From the human T2T-CHM13v2.0 reference genome, Homo sapiens: 64,000 bases of DNA. This document shows, piece by piece, positions 1-13,411 of this stretch (position 1 is the first letter of the stretch; every line of letters starts with the position of its first letter). The notes under the pieces are model-generated. The model ran no database searches. It was not told the DNA's origin and was given only the letters and a program-made list of their open reading frames with translations. The stretch lies in NCBI RefSeq assembly GCF_009914755.1, contig NC_060931.1. One strand, given 5' to 3'. The position numbers and the translations under genes are program-made.

Positions 1-290
1 CTAGAGCTTTTGTTAGGAGTGTTGCAATTACGGATTTAATCTCCTTACTTGTCATTGATCTATTAAGATTTTCTATTTCTTGGTGATTCAGTCTTGATAG
101 GTTGTATATGCCTATGAATTTACTAACTTTCTCTAGGCTATCAAATTTATTGGTCTATAATTATTTATAATAATTTCTTGTGGTCCTGCAGTGTATACCT
201 GCAGTATCAGTTGTAATGTTTCTGCTTTTATTAATAATATTATATATTTGAGTCTTTTTTCTTTTTTCTTAGTTAGTATAACTAAAGGTG
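1..290 (-). mobile_element. Old L1 (L1M-type) ORF2 fragment, antisense
   Basis: T-rich sequence resembling the reverse complement of L1 ORF2 (ttcagtcttgataggttgtatatg...aatttac...ttctctagg). Confidence 0.7.
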
Positions 291-1108
291 TTTCTATGGC
301 CCCAAACTCCAGGCCTTTCCCATTGTCAGGTGGCCCTTTGCAGCCCCAGGCTCCAGGGCCACCTTGCAGACACAGGTCCTAGGCCAACTCCAGCAATAGG
401 TCTGCCCTCATAACCTCAGGCTCCAGGTCTGTTCCAGCACCAGGCCAGCCCCACAAAGCGCCAGGCTTCAGGCTTGTCCCACAGCCTCAGGCTCCAGGTC
501 AGCCTCTGCAGTCTCATTCTGTAGACTAGCACTCATGGGATGAGGGTTCATGTTGGATCTGAAGATGAACTTTAAGGCCTGCTCCAGGGCCAAGCTGGCT
601 CCCATTGACCCAGGCTTTGGGCTGACCCACATGGACCGAAGTTCAGGTTCATCCCAGCACCAGGCTGGCCCCATGGCTCCAGGATGCAGGCCTGCTCTGA
701 AGACTAAACCTTCAGACCAGACATCACAGCCCCAGGATCTAGAATGTACCCGTGGCCCCTGCCTTCAGGCTTCTGTCCACAAGCCCAGAACCCAGTGAAC
801 TCTGGTGCCAAGCTAGCCACTATAGACCTGAGATTCAGGCATAAACCCAAAGACCCAATTTCTAGTCTCACCATAGCACCAGGATGGCCCCTGTAGACTC
901 TGGGCCCACAGACTCAGAACCAGGCCCATCTCCATGGTTCCAGATGTGAGGCCCTTCTTAGTGACAGGCCTGCCCACAGGGACCTAAGCTCCAGTGCCAC
1001 CCTAGTGGATCCAGGCTCCAAGCTGGTCATTGTAGATCCAAGCACCAGGCCTGCCCACCTACTTGCTGAGGGACCAGGGTAGCATGTTCAAGGACTCCAA
1101 TGCCAAGC

Positions 1109-1521
1109 TGTGTTAGGCCATTCTTGCACTGCTATAAAGAAATACCTGTGGCTCAGTAATTTGTAAAGAAAAGAGTTATAATTGCCTCATCAACCTGTAG
1201 GCTGTACCAACATGGCTACAGCATCTGCTTCTGGTGAGGGTCTCAGGAACCTTACAATTATGGAGGAAGGTGAAGTGGGAATAGGCAGGTCACATGATAA
1301 GAATGGGAGTAAGAGTGGGAGGTAGGGGCCACGCACTTTTAAACAACCAGTTCTCACATGAACTCAGAGCAAGAACTCATTATTACCAAGGAGATGGTTC
1401 TAAACCCTTCATGAGGGAACTGCCCCCATGATCCAATGACCTCCCACCAGGCCCCACTTCCAACACTGGGAATCAAATGTCAACATGGGATTTGGAGGGG
1501 ACAAACATCTAAACTATATCA
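1109..1521 (-). mobile_element. MaLR solo LTR (MSTA/MSTB-like)
   Basis: tgtgttaggccattcttgc...aaactatatca termini; 5-bp TSD CAAGC at 1104-1108 and 1522-1526. Confidence 0.9.
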
Positions 1522-2425
1522 CAAGCCCACTGATAAACCCCATTAGCTGGCTTACCTAGAATCTTAGGGCTGACTGGTGGAGGGCTTTCCCTGCTGAATC
1601 CAGTTTGTAAAGACCGAAAAAGCTGCCTACTTCTTTAAATATGCAAACACCAATTTAAAGCCCCAAGGATTACAGATAATCAGAAAAACATGACACCAAA
1701 AGAAAAAACTAAAACACCATTAACAGACCTTACAGAAATGCAGATCTATGAACTGCCTAAGAGTTCAAAATAATTATCTGAAAAAAGTTTAGTGAGCCAC
1801 AAGAAAACACAAACTAAACAATAATCAGAATACATAAACAAAGAGTTGTTCAACAAATAGAAACCATTAAAATGAACGAAATTCAGAAGCTGAAGAACAC
1901 AATAACTGAACTGAAAATTTCAGAGAGCTTCAATAGCAGATTTGAATTATAAGAACTAGTGAGTTCAAAGGCACATCGTTTGAAATTACCCAGTACGAGG
2001 AACAAAAAGAAGAATGAAAAAGCGCGAAGAAATCCTACAGACTTATGGGACATCATCAAGTGAACCAACACACATTATGGAAATTTCAGAAGCAGAGAAA
2101 GATAAAAAAGCAGAACATTTATTTAAAGAAATAATATAAAATTCCCCAAATCTGGAGAGGGAAATGAACATCTAGGTCTATAAAGCCTAAAGGACTCTAG
2201 ACATCATAGCCCCAGGATCTAAGTTATAACCGTGGCCCCTGCCTTCAGGCTTCTGCCCACAAGCCCAGGCTCCAGTGGACCCTGGTGCTGATCTAGCCCC
2301 TATAAACTAAGTAGATTAAATGTAAAGGGATCTTCACTGAGATGCATTATACTCAGTTCTCAAAAGTCAGTAACAAATATAATTTTCAAATCAGTAAGAT
2401 AAATACAGCTTAACAGGAAGAAATC

Positions 2426-2775
<350 letters not shown>

Positions 2776-2993
2776 TGAAATGATATATTCAAAGTGCTAA
2801 AAGGAAAAAATTGCCAACCAAGAATCTTATACCCAGCAAAGATGTTCTTTACCAATGGAGGAGAGATAAAAGGTTTTCCCAGACAAATAAAAGCTGAAGG
2901 AATTCATCATCATCTGCCTTACCATGCATGCAAAAGGGAATATTTTAGGTTGAAATTAAAGGATGCTAACAAATATCATGAGAATATATAAAC

Positions 2994-3329
2994 TGTTATT
3001 GAGCAATGGGCTTGCCAATCAATGTGCATAGAAGCCAACACTATGGCACTGGCTTTTGGGAATAAAAGTTTCATTTTGAGTTTACTGGCAAGGAGACAGG
3101 AGGAAATGCTCAAATGTGTCTCTTCAATTTGGAGTTGGGCCAAGCTTTTATGGCATTTCTACCTAGGCCTAGGTGATGCCACTGCAGCTGGTCTGCCAGA
3201 TTGGTTGTGTTAAAAATCAGGAGGTTAACATTGTTCATGGCTGGGGTCAATGACTTGCAATTTTGCCTCTGCAACATCTGTAACAACTTAAGCAGTGGTT
3301 AATTGGTTTGAGCTGGTCCCACGGTTATA
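2994..3329 (-). mobile_element. ERV1-class (MER4-group) LTR, the 3' LTR of a minus-strand provirus
   Basis: tgtta...ggttata termini and LTR-like content, followed by a C-rich (reverse PPT) tract. MER4-group internal sequence resumes at 6687. Subfamily not assigned. Confidence 0.6.
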
Positions 3330-4080
3330 AGCCCCCTGTATTATGTCATTCTTGCATTGCTATAAAGAAATACCTGAGACTGGATAATTTATAAAGAAAA
3401 GAGGTTTAACTGGCACAGTTTTGAAGGCTGCTCAAGCATAGCTCTGGCATCAGCTCAGTTACTAGAGAGATGAAAAAAGGGAGCTTTCATTCATGGCAGA
3501 AGGTGAAGTGGGAGCAGACACATCACATGGCCAGAGCAGTAGCAAGAGAGAGAGTGGGGAAGTTGGGGGAGGTACAACACACTTAAACAACCGTATCTCA
3601 AGAAAGCTCACTCACTACTGCAAGGACAGAACCAAGCCACAAGGGATTCACTCCCATGACCCAAACACTTCTCACCAGACCCCACTTCCAACATTGGGGA
3701 TTATAATTCAACATGAGATTTGGGAGGGACATATATTTAAACTATATCATTCCACCCCTGGCCTTCCAAATTTCATATCCTTCTCACATTGTAAAATAAA
3801 ATCATGCCTTCCCAACAGCCCCCTGCCCCACACACAAATCTTAACTAATTTCAGCATCAACTCAAGGAAAAGTTCCAAGTCCAAAGTCCAAAGTCTCATC
3901 TGGTAATGAGTACCTTCCACCTATGAGCTTGTAAAATCAAAACAAGTTATTTACTTCCAAGATACAATGGGGTATAGGCATTGGGTAAACCACTTCAAAA
4001 CAAAGAAATCAGCCACAAGAAAGAGACTACAGGCCTCATACAAGTTTGGAACCCAGACTTGTATGGGAAGTCATTAAATC

Positions 4081-4211
4081 TGTTTGTTTTTTTCAAGATG
4101 GGGATCTCATTTTGTTGCCCAGGTTTGTCTCAAACTCCTGGCCTCAAGCAATCCTCCTACCTCGGCCTCCCAAATGCTGGGATTACACGCATGAACCACC
4201 ATGCTCAACCC
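4081..4211 (-). mobile_element. Free left Alu monomer (FLAM) inside MSTA-int
   Basis: Single Alu arm (ctcaaactcctggcctcaagcaatcctcc...gggattaca); TSD gaagtcattaaat/gaagtaattaaat. Confidence 0.85.
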
Positions 4212-5920
4212 TGAAGTAATTAAATTTTAAAGTGCCAAAATAATCTCCTTTGACTCCATGTCCCATATCTAGGGCACACTGATGTAAGGGGTGGGCTCCT
4301 AAAGCCTTGACCAGCTCCACCGATGTCTTTCCCACACTGAGGTTGCAAGTTGTTGGTGGATCTACCATTCTTGGGCATGGAGAACAGTGGTTTCCTTCTC
4401 ACAGCTCCACTAGCCAGTAAGGAATCTGTGTGGGCCCTCTAATCCCCACTGCCCTATTAGAGTTTCTCCATGAGGGCTCTGCCCCTGCAGCAGCCACTCA
4501 GGCTTTCTCATACATCTTCTAAAATCTTGGTAGAAGATGCCAAGCCTCTTTCAGTCTTGCATTCTGTGTGCCTGTAGGCTTAACACCTCGTGGAAGCCAC
4601 AAGGCTTATGGCTCACACCCTCCAAAGTAGTAGCTTGAGCTGTACCTGGGCTCCTTTGAGCCGCAGCTGGAGTTGGAGTAGCCAGGAGGAACAGTGTCCC
4701 AAGGCTGTGCATGGCAGTGGGTCCCCAGAACAGGCCCATGGAATTGTTCTCTCCTGGGCCTCTAGGCCTGCGATGGGAAGGGCTGCCTCAAAAATCTCTG
4801 AAATGTCTTTAAGGCCCTTTTCCCATTATGTTAGCTATTAGTACCTGGTTCCTTTTTAGTTATGCAAATATCTCTAGCAAACGGTTTCTCCAAAGCCTGC
4901 TTGAATTCCTTTCCCAAAAAAGTTTTATTTCTCTGCCACTTGGCCAGTCTGCAAATTTTCCAAACTCTTGTGCTCTACTTCCTATTTAAATATTCCAAGT
5001 TTAAGTCATTTATTTGCTCCTGCATCTGATGGTAAGCTGTTAGAAGCAGCTGGGTAACATCATGAATGCTTTGCTGCTTAGAAATTTCTTCTGCCAGATA
5101 TCCTAAATCACTCTTTAGTTGAAACTTCCACCAACTCTCATGGCATAAACACAATGCAGCCAAGTTCTTTGCTAAGGCATAACAAGGGTGACCTTTGCTC
5201 CAGTTCCCAGTATGTTTCTCATTTCCATCTGATACCTTGGCAACCTGGACTTAATTGTCCATATCACTATCATTGTTTTGCTCAAAACAATTTAACCAGT
5301 CCCTAAGAAGTTTCAAACTTTCCCTCATTTTCCCATCTTCTTCTGATCTCTACAAAGTCTTCTAACCTCTGCTACCCAGTTCCAAAGCTGCTTCCACATT
5401 TTCAGGTATCTTTATAGCAATGCCCCATTCCTCAGTACCAATTTTATATATTAGGCAGTTCTTACATTGTGATAAAGAATTACCTGAGACTGGGTAATTT
5501 GTAAAGAAAATAGGTTTAATCAGATCATGGTTCTGCAGGCTGTACAAGCATAGTGCTGGCATCAGCTCAGCTTCTAGGGAGGCCTCAGGGAGCTTTAACT
5601 CCACTAGGCAGTGCCCCAGTAGGGATTCTGTGTGAGGCTTCTAACTCATTTCCCCTCCAAACCCTGCTATTAAAGGTTCTCTGTGAGGGCTCTGCCCCTG
5701 CAACAGGCTTCTTTCTGGGCACCCAGGCTTTCTCATACATCCTCTGAAATCTTGGTGGAGGCTGCCAAGCTTCCTTCACTCTTGCATTCTGTATGCCTGT
5801 GGGCTTAATACCACATGGAGGCCTCCACAAACTCTTCCAACCTCTGCCTGTTACCCAGTTCCAAAGCTGCTTCCACATTTTCAAGTATTTTTATAGCAGG
5901 GCTCTATTCATCAATACCAT

Positions 5921-6465
5921 TTTTTAATGTGACAATTTTGTTTTGATTTTTTAAAAAATGAGTCTGTTGATTTAATCAGGGCTTTGGGGTCATAAGACAT
6001 TAGTCACTGTCATAGTCATAATGATGCATTTATTCAGGGAAAATTTTAATTTTTTTTTTCTTCTTCAGAAACAGCTGCAGGAACACCTAAAATTAAGCAA
6101 TGTTCGTCCATAAAACTTTACTGAAACTTGATTCCTTTCACCAGAGGAAGATCCTTACCATAGTTGATGATACAAGTAAACCTTCTCATGCACTATTTCC
6201 AGGAGTCATCACCAGATGCCCTGCCACCACAAATGTGCTTTTCTCCTCCAAATGCACCTGCAATCTCAGCTCCGCTCATTGGAATATTGACATTTACAAT
6301 GCCACAGTTAGATCTTTTAGGTCCAAGCCAGTGGAAGATTCTGCCCAAATCTTTGGTAAAGATGCTACTTGAAATACCCTGTTTTACTTCATTATTTCAC
6401 ACAAAGAGCTCTTCTTCATTCTTAAATTTAAAAACATAGAGAATTGGAGCAAAAGTCTCTGTGTA
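5921..6465 (-). pseudogene. ALDH7A1P3: Processed ALDH7A1 (antiquitin) pseudogene fragment: last ~115 codons (6465-6118) plus 3' UTR; probably ALDH7A1P3
   Basis: The minus strand reads [76 protein letters not shown]...DLPLVKGIKFQ*, the ALDH7A1 C-terminus with in-frame stops and no introns. AATAAA follows in the UTR. The P3 number is from recall of its 7q36 location. Confidence 0.9.
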
Positions 6466-7315
6466 TAGAAGCAGGAACAGACACATCACATGGCAGAGCA
6501 GGAACAAGAGAGAGAGAATGGGTAGGGAAGGTTCCACACATTTAAACAACTGGATCTCAAATGAATGCACTATGACATGAGAGTCTGCCCTTATGACCCA
6601 AACACCTCCCCCAAGACCCCACCTCCAACACTGGGGATCACAATTCAACATGAAATTTGGCAGCAACACATATTCAAACTATATCAACTCCCTTTCTGTT
6701 GTGCATTCCTCAATCTTGAGGGATATGGGGCAATGGCAATTCTAGCTACTGTTTGCTGACAAGGGGAATTGGTCTAGGTTTGAGGAATAAAACTGTTTTA
6801 CATTTAATTGTAAATACACATGGGTCCCAGAATGTGGCCAAGCCTTTGGGTTTGGGCTCTTATATTAAAGTAGAAATTTTTTTTCATGATTGAGAAAGAT
6901 GGAAAGGGGGCATATAATGGCTCAGGAGACAAAGTCCATCAATTTACCCCCTGTATAAGCATGTGTGTGTGCCTGCCCTTGATTTTGGGGATCTGAACCC
7001 CTTAAAACTGGCCCTTACAATCTCATGCATCCACCTCTTCCCTGGTAGTCCCTGGGCCTAGAGGAAGGGTATATTGCTAACAGAACAGTGCTTTGCCCCA
7101 ATGGGATTTTAAAGGAAGGAGATTTGCAGGCTTTGTTGAGTTATTTCTAGTTTTCAGGATACCATTATTCTGGTTTTCTTAGAAAAAGTAAACAATGAGA
7201 GATGAATAACATTGTTAATTTGAGTAGTACAATCAAAAGAAAATGTCTCTGACAGAATGAAAAAAAATCTTATTGAATTAGGAAGCAAAATAAAAACATC
7301 ATGAAGAAAATTATG

Positions 7316-10300
7316 GGTCCACCATTACTGAGGCTTGAGAGGGCAGTTTTCCCCTCACAATATGAACAAAGCCACTGGGAAGTTTGGACTGGGCAGAGCC
7401 CACTGCAGTGCCTCAAAGCTGCTGTAGCCAGACTGCCTCTCTAGATTCGTCTTCTCTAGGCAGAGCATCTCTGAAAGAAAAGCAGCAGCCCCAGTCAGGG
7501 GCTTATAGATAAATCTCCCATCTCCCTGGGACAGAGCACTTGTGGGGAGGGGTGGCTGTGTGTGCAGCTTCAGCAGACTTAAATATTCCTGCCTGCCAGC
7601 TCTAAAGAGAGCAGCAGATCTCCCAGCACAGTGCTCGAGCTCTGCTAAGGGACAGACTACCTTCTCAAGTGGGTCCCTGAACCCCGTGCCTCCTGATGGG
7701 GAGACATCTCTCATCAGGGGTTGACAGACACCTCATACAGGAGGGCTCTGGCTGGCATCTGTTGGGTGCCCCTCTGGGATGAAGCTTCCAGAGGAAGGAG
7801 CAGGCAGCAATCTTTGCTGTTCTGCAACCCCCAGTGGTAATACTCAGGCAAACAGGGTCTGGAGTGGACCTCCAACAAACTCCTGCAGACCTGCAGCAGA
7901 GGAGCCTCACTGTTAGAAGGAAAACTAACAAACAGTAAGCAATAGCATCAACATCAACAACAAGAAAACAACCATGCAAAAACCCCATCCAAAGGTTACC
8001 AACAACAAAGACCAAAGGTAGATAAATCCACCAAGATGAGGAAAAACTAATGCAAAAAGGCTGAAAACTCCAAAAACCAGAATGCCTTTTCTCCTCCAAA
8101 GGAGCACAACTCCTCACCAGCAAGGGAACAAACCAAGACTGAGAATGAATTTGACAAATTGACAGAAGTAGGCTTCAGAATGTGGGCAATAACAAACTCC
8201 ATCAAGCTAAAGGAGCATGTTCTAACCCAATGCAAGGAAGCTAAGGACCTTGATAAAAGGTTACAGGAATTGCTAACTAGAACAACCAGTTTAGAGAAGA
8301 ACATAAATGATTTGATGAAGCTGAAAAACACAGCGCAAGAACCTCGTGAAGCATACACAAGTATCAGTAGCCGAATCGATCAAATGGAAGAGAGGATATC
8401 AGAGACTGAAGATGAACTTAATGAAATAAAGCATGAAGACAAGAGTAGAGAAAAAAGAACGAAAAGGAAGGAACAAAGCCTCCAAAAAATATGCGACTAT
8501 GTGACAAGACCAAACCTATGTTTGATTGGTGTACCTGAAAGTGATGGGGAGAATGGAACCAAGCTGGAAAACACTCTTCAGGATATTATCCAGGAGAATT
8601 TCCCCAACCTAGCAAGGCAGGCCAACATTCAAATTCAGGAGCTACAGAGAACACCACAAAGACACTCCTCAAGAAGAGCAACCCCAAGACACATAATCAT
8701 CAGATTCTCCAAGTTTTAAACAGAGCAAAAAATGTTAAGGGCAGTGAGAGAGAAAGCTCAGGTTACCCAGAAAGAGAAGCCCATCAGACAAACAGCTGAT
8801 CTCTCTGCAGAAACCCTACAAACCAGAAGAGAGTGGGGGCCAATATTCAACATTCTTAAAGGAAAGAATTTTCAACCCAGAATTTTATATCCAGCCAAAC
8901 TAACCTTCATAAGTGAATGAGAAATAAAATCCACTAGAGAAAAGCAAATGGTGAGGGATTTTGTCATGCCCAGGCCTGTCTTACAAGAGCTCCTGAAGGA
9001 AGTACTAAATATGGAAAGGAAAAACCAGTACCAGCCACTGCAAAGACATATCAAACTGTAAAGACCATTAACACTATGAAGAAACTGCATCAACTAATGG
9101 GGAAAATAACCAGCTAGCATCATGATGACAGGATCAAATTCACACATAACAATGTTAACCTTAAATGTAAACAGGCTAATCCCCCAATTAAAAGACACAG
9201 ACAGGAAAATTGGATAAAGAGTCAAGATCCATTGGTGTGTTGTATTCAGGAGACCCATCTCACATGCAAAGACACACATAGGCTCAAAATAAAGGGATTG
9301 AGGAAGATCTACCAAGCAAATGAAAAGCAAAAAACAAAACAAAACAAAACAAAAAGCAGGGGTTGCAATACTAGTCTCTGATAAAACAGACTTTAAACCA
9401 ACAAAGATCAAAAAAGACAAAGAAGGGCATTACATAATGATAAAGGGATCAATGCAAGAAGAAAAGCTAAGTATCTTACATTGATATGCACCCAATACAG
9501 GAGCATCCAGATTCTTAAAGCAAGTTCTTAGAAACATACAAAGAGACTTAGACACCCACATAATAATAATGGGATTCTTTAACACCCCACTGTCAATATT
9601 AGATAGATCAATGAGACAGAAAATGGAAAAGAATACTCAGGACGTGAACTCAGTACTGGACTAAGTGGACCTAATAGACATCCACAGAACTCTCCACCTC
9701 AAATCAACAGAATATACATTCTTCTCAGCACCACATAGCACTTATTCTAAAATCAACCACATAATTGGAAGTAAAACACTTCTCAGCAAAGGCAAAAGAA
9801 TGGAAATAATAACAAACAGTCTCTCAGACCACAGTGCCATCAAATTAGAACTCTGGATTAAGAAACTCACTCAAAACTGCACAACTACCTCGAAACTGAA
9901 CAACCTACTCCTGAATGACTATGGGGTAAATAACGAAATGAAGGCAGAAATAAATAAGTTCTTTGAAACCAATGAGAACAAAGACACAATGTACTAGAAT
10001 CTCTGGGACACAGCTAAAGCAGTGCTTAGGGGGAAATTTATAGCACTAAATCCCACAGGAGAAAGTGGGGAAGATCTAAAATTGACACAATTAAAAGAAC
10101 TAGAGGAGGAAGAGCAAACAAATTCAAAAGCTAGCAGAAGATGAGAAATAACTAAAAGCAGAGTAGAACTGAAGGAGGTAGAGACACGAAAAACTCTTCA
10201 AAAAATCAATGAATTCAGGAGCTGGTTTCTTGAAAAGATTAACAAAATACATCGACTGCTAGCTGGACTAATAAAGAAGAAAAGAGGGAAGAATCAAACA

Positions 10301-12181
10301 GAGAAAATAAAAAATGATAAAAAGGATATCACCACTGATCCCACAGAAATACAAACTATCATCAGAGAATACTATAAACACCTCTATGCAAATAAACTAG
10401 AAAATCTAGAAGAAATGGATAAATTCATGGACACTTACACACTCCCAAGACAAAACCAGGAAGAAGTCAAATCCCTGAATAAACCAATAACAAGTTCTGA
10501 AGTTGAGGCAGTAATTAATAGCCTACAAATCAAGAAAAGCCCAGGACCAGATGGATTCAGGGCCAAATTCTACCAGAGGTACAAAGATGAGCTGGTGTCA
10601 TTCCTTCTCAAACTATTCCAAACAATAGAAGAAGAGGGATTCCTCCCTAACTCATTTTATGAGGCCAGCATCATCCTGATACTAAAACCTGACAGAGACA
10701 CAACAAAAAAAGAAAATTTCAGGCCAATATCATTGATGAACATCGATGCAAAAATCCTCAATAAAATACTGGCATATCAAATTTAGCAGCACATTAAAAA
10801 GCTTATCCACCACGATCACATCAGCTTTATCCCTGGGATGCAAGGCTGGTTCAACATATGCAAAGCAATAAATGTAATCCATCACATAAACAAAACCAAT
10901 GACAAAAACCACGTGATTATCTCAATAGATGCAGAAAAAGCCTTCGACAAAATTCAACACACTTTATGCTAAAAACTCTCAATAAACTAGATATTGATGG
11001 AACATATCTCAAAACAATGGGAGCTATTTATGACAAACGCACATCCAAAATCATACTGAATGGGCAAAAGATGGAAACATTCCCTTCGAAAAGGTGCACA
11101 AGACAAGGATGCCCTCTCTCACAACTCCCATTCGACATAGTATTGGAAGTTCTGGTCAGGGCAATCAGGTAAGAGAAGGATATAAAGGATATTCAAATAG
11201 GAAGAGAGGAAGTCAAATTATCTCTGTTTGCAGATGACATGATTGTTTATTTAGAAAACCCTATCATCTCAGCCCCAAAACTTTTTAAGATGATAAGCAA
11301 CTTCAGCAATGTCTCAGGATAGAAAATCAATGTGCAAAAATTACAAGTATTCCTATACACCAATAATAGACAGCCAAATCATGAGCAAACTCCCATTCAC
11401 AATTACTACAAAGAGAATAAAATACCTAGGAATACAACTTACAGAGATGTGAAGGACCTTTTCAAGGAGAACTACAAACCATTGCTGGAGGAAATAAGAG
11501 AGCACACAAACAAATGGAAAAACATTCCATGCTCATGGATAGGAAGAATCAATGTCTTATAAGTGGCCATACTGCCCAAAGTAATTTATAGATTCAATGC
11601 TATTCCCATGAAGCTACCATTGACTTTCTTCACAGAATTAGAAAAAAACTACTTTAAATTTCATATGGAACCAAAAAAGAGCCCTTATAGACAAAGCAAT
11701 CCTAAGCGAAAAGAACAAAGCTTAAGGCATCATGCTACCTGACTTCAAACTATACTACAGGGCTACAGTAACCAAAACAGCATGGTACTGGTACCAACAC
11801 AGATATATAGACCAATGGAACAGAACAGAGGCCTCAGAAATGACACTGCACATCTACAACCATCTGATCTTCAACAAACCTGACAAAAACAAGCAATGGG
11901 GAAAGGATTCTCTATTTAATAAACGGTGTTGGGAAAACTGGTTAGCCATATGCAGAAAACAGAAACTGGACCCCTTCCTTATACCTTATACAAAAATTGA
12001 CTCAAGATGGAGTAAAGATTTAAATGTAAGACCTAAAACCATAAAAATCCTAGAAGATAACCTAAGCAATACCATTCAGGACATACGCATGGGAAAAGAC
12101 TTCATGTCTAAAACACCAAAAGCAATTGCAACAAAAGCCAAAATTGACAAATGAGATCTAAGTAAACTAAAAAGCTTCTGC

Positions 12182-12219
<38 letters not shown>

Positions 12220-13186
12220 AACTATTGTCAGTGTGAACATGCAACCTACAGAATGGGAGAAAATTTTTGCAATCTCTCCATCTGACAAAGGTCTAATATC
12301 CAGAATTTACAAGGGAGTTAAACAAATTTACAAGAAAAAAAAACCTCATCAAAAAGTGGGCAAAAGATATGCACAGACATTTTTCAAAAGAAGACATTTA
12401 TGCAGCGAACAAACATAAAAAATTAGAGAAATGCAAATCAAAACCACAATTAGATACCATCTCATGCCAGTTAGAATGGTGATCATTAAAAAGTCAGGTA
12501 ACAATAGATGCTGGACAGGATGTGGGGAAACAGAAACGCTCTTACACTGTTGGTGGGAGTGTAAATTGGTTCACCCATTGTGAAAGACAGTGTGGCAATT
12601 CCTCAAGGATCTAGAACTAGAAATCCCATTTAACCCAGCGATCCCATTACTGGGTATATACCCAAAGGATTATAAATCATTCTACTATGAAGACACATGC
12701 ACACGTATGTTTATTGCAGCGTTATTCACAACAGCAAAGACTTGGAACCAACCCAAGGGCCCATCAATGATAGACTGGATAAAGAAAATGAGGCACATAT
12801 ATGCTTGGAATAGTATGCAGCCACAAAAAAGAATGAATTCATGTCTTTGCAGGGACATGGATGAAAGTGGAAACTATCATTCTCAGCAAACTAACAGAGA
12901 AATAGAAAACCAAACACCACATATTCTCACTCATAAGTGGGAGTTGCACAATGAGAACATATGGGCACAGGGAGGGGAACATCACACACTGGGGCCTGTC
13001 AGGAGGTTGGGGGCAAGGGGAGGGATAGCATTAGGAGAAATACCTAATGTAGGCAACAGGTTGATAGGTGCAGCAAACCACCATGGCGTATGGATACCTA
13101 TGTAACAAACCTGCACGTTCTGCACATGTATCCCAGAACTTAAAGTATAATAAAAATAAATAAATAATTAAATACTTTAGAGAAAA
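7316..13186 (+). mobile_element. Near-full-length L1 (L1PA7/PA8-like), ORF1 and ORF2 disrupted
   Basis: Partial 5' UTR, ORF1 remnants 8032-9060, ORF2 remnants (EN, RT LFADD, C-terminus), 3' UTR and A-tail; TSD aagaaaattatg at 7304-7315 and 13187-13198. Confidence 0.95.
12187..12218 (+). repeat. A32 homopolymer inside L1 ORF2
   Basis: Read directly; it replaces the usual gcaaaagaaac. Confidence 0.95.
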
Positions 13187-13301
13187 AAGAAAATTATGAG
13201 TTTTTTCTTCTTTAGTGACTTGTCAAATAATAAAAACCAAAAACAGTGTTCAAGGCTAGAATCTAATGACAGGTATGTTATAGGTTTCTTTTGAAATACA
13301 A

Positions 13302-13303
13302 TT

Positions 13304-13355
<52 letters not shown>

Positions 13356-13411
13356 TCCTTCTTTCTTCTTTCTTTCTTTCTTTCTTTCCTTCTTTCTCTC
13401 TCTCTCTCTCT
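13302..13411 (+). repeat. (TTTC)n/(TC)n microsatellite
   Basis: Read directly. Confidence 0.95.

Larger units (their letters stand above)
3337..6686 (-). mobile_element. Rearranged MSTA (MaLR) element: LTR 3337-3749, internal 3750-5446, partial LTR 5447-5596, repeated and deleted internal 5598-5920, ALDH7A1 fragment, LTR remainder 6467-6686
   Basis: The LTR pieces match the solo LTR at 1109-1521. Segment 5598-5825 repeats ~4406-4600 and 5828-5920 repeats ~5352-5445. Confidence 0.85.

Noticed and set aside
6100-6439. Plus-strand ORFs of 90 and 91 aa
   Set aside because: They are antisense shadows of the minus-strand ALDH7A1 retrocopy.
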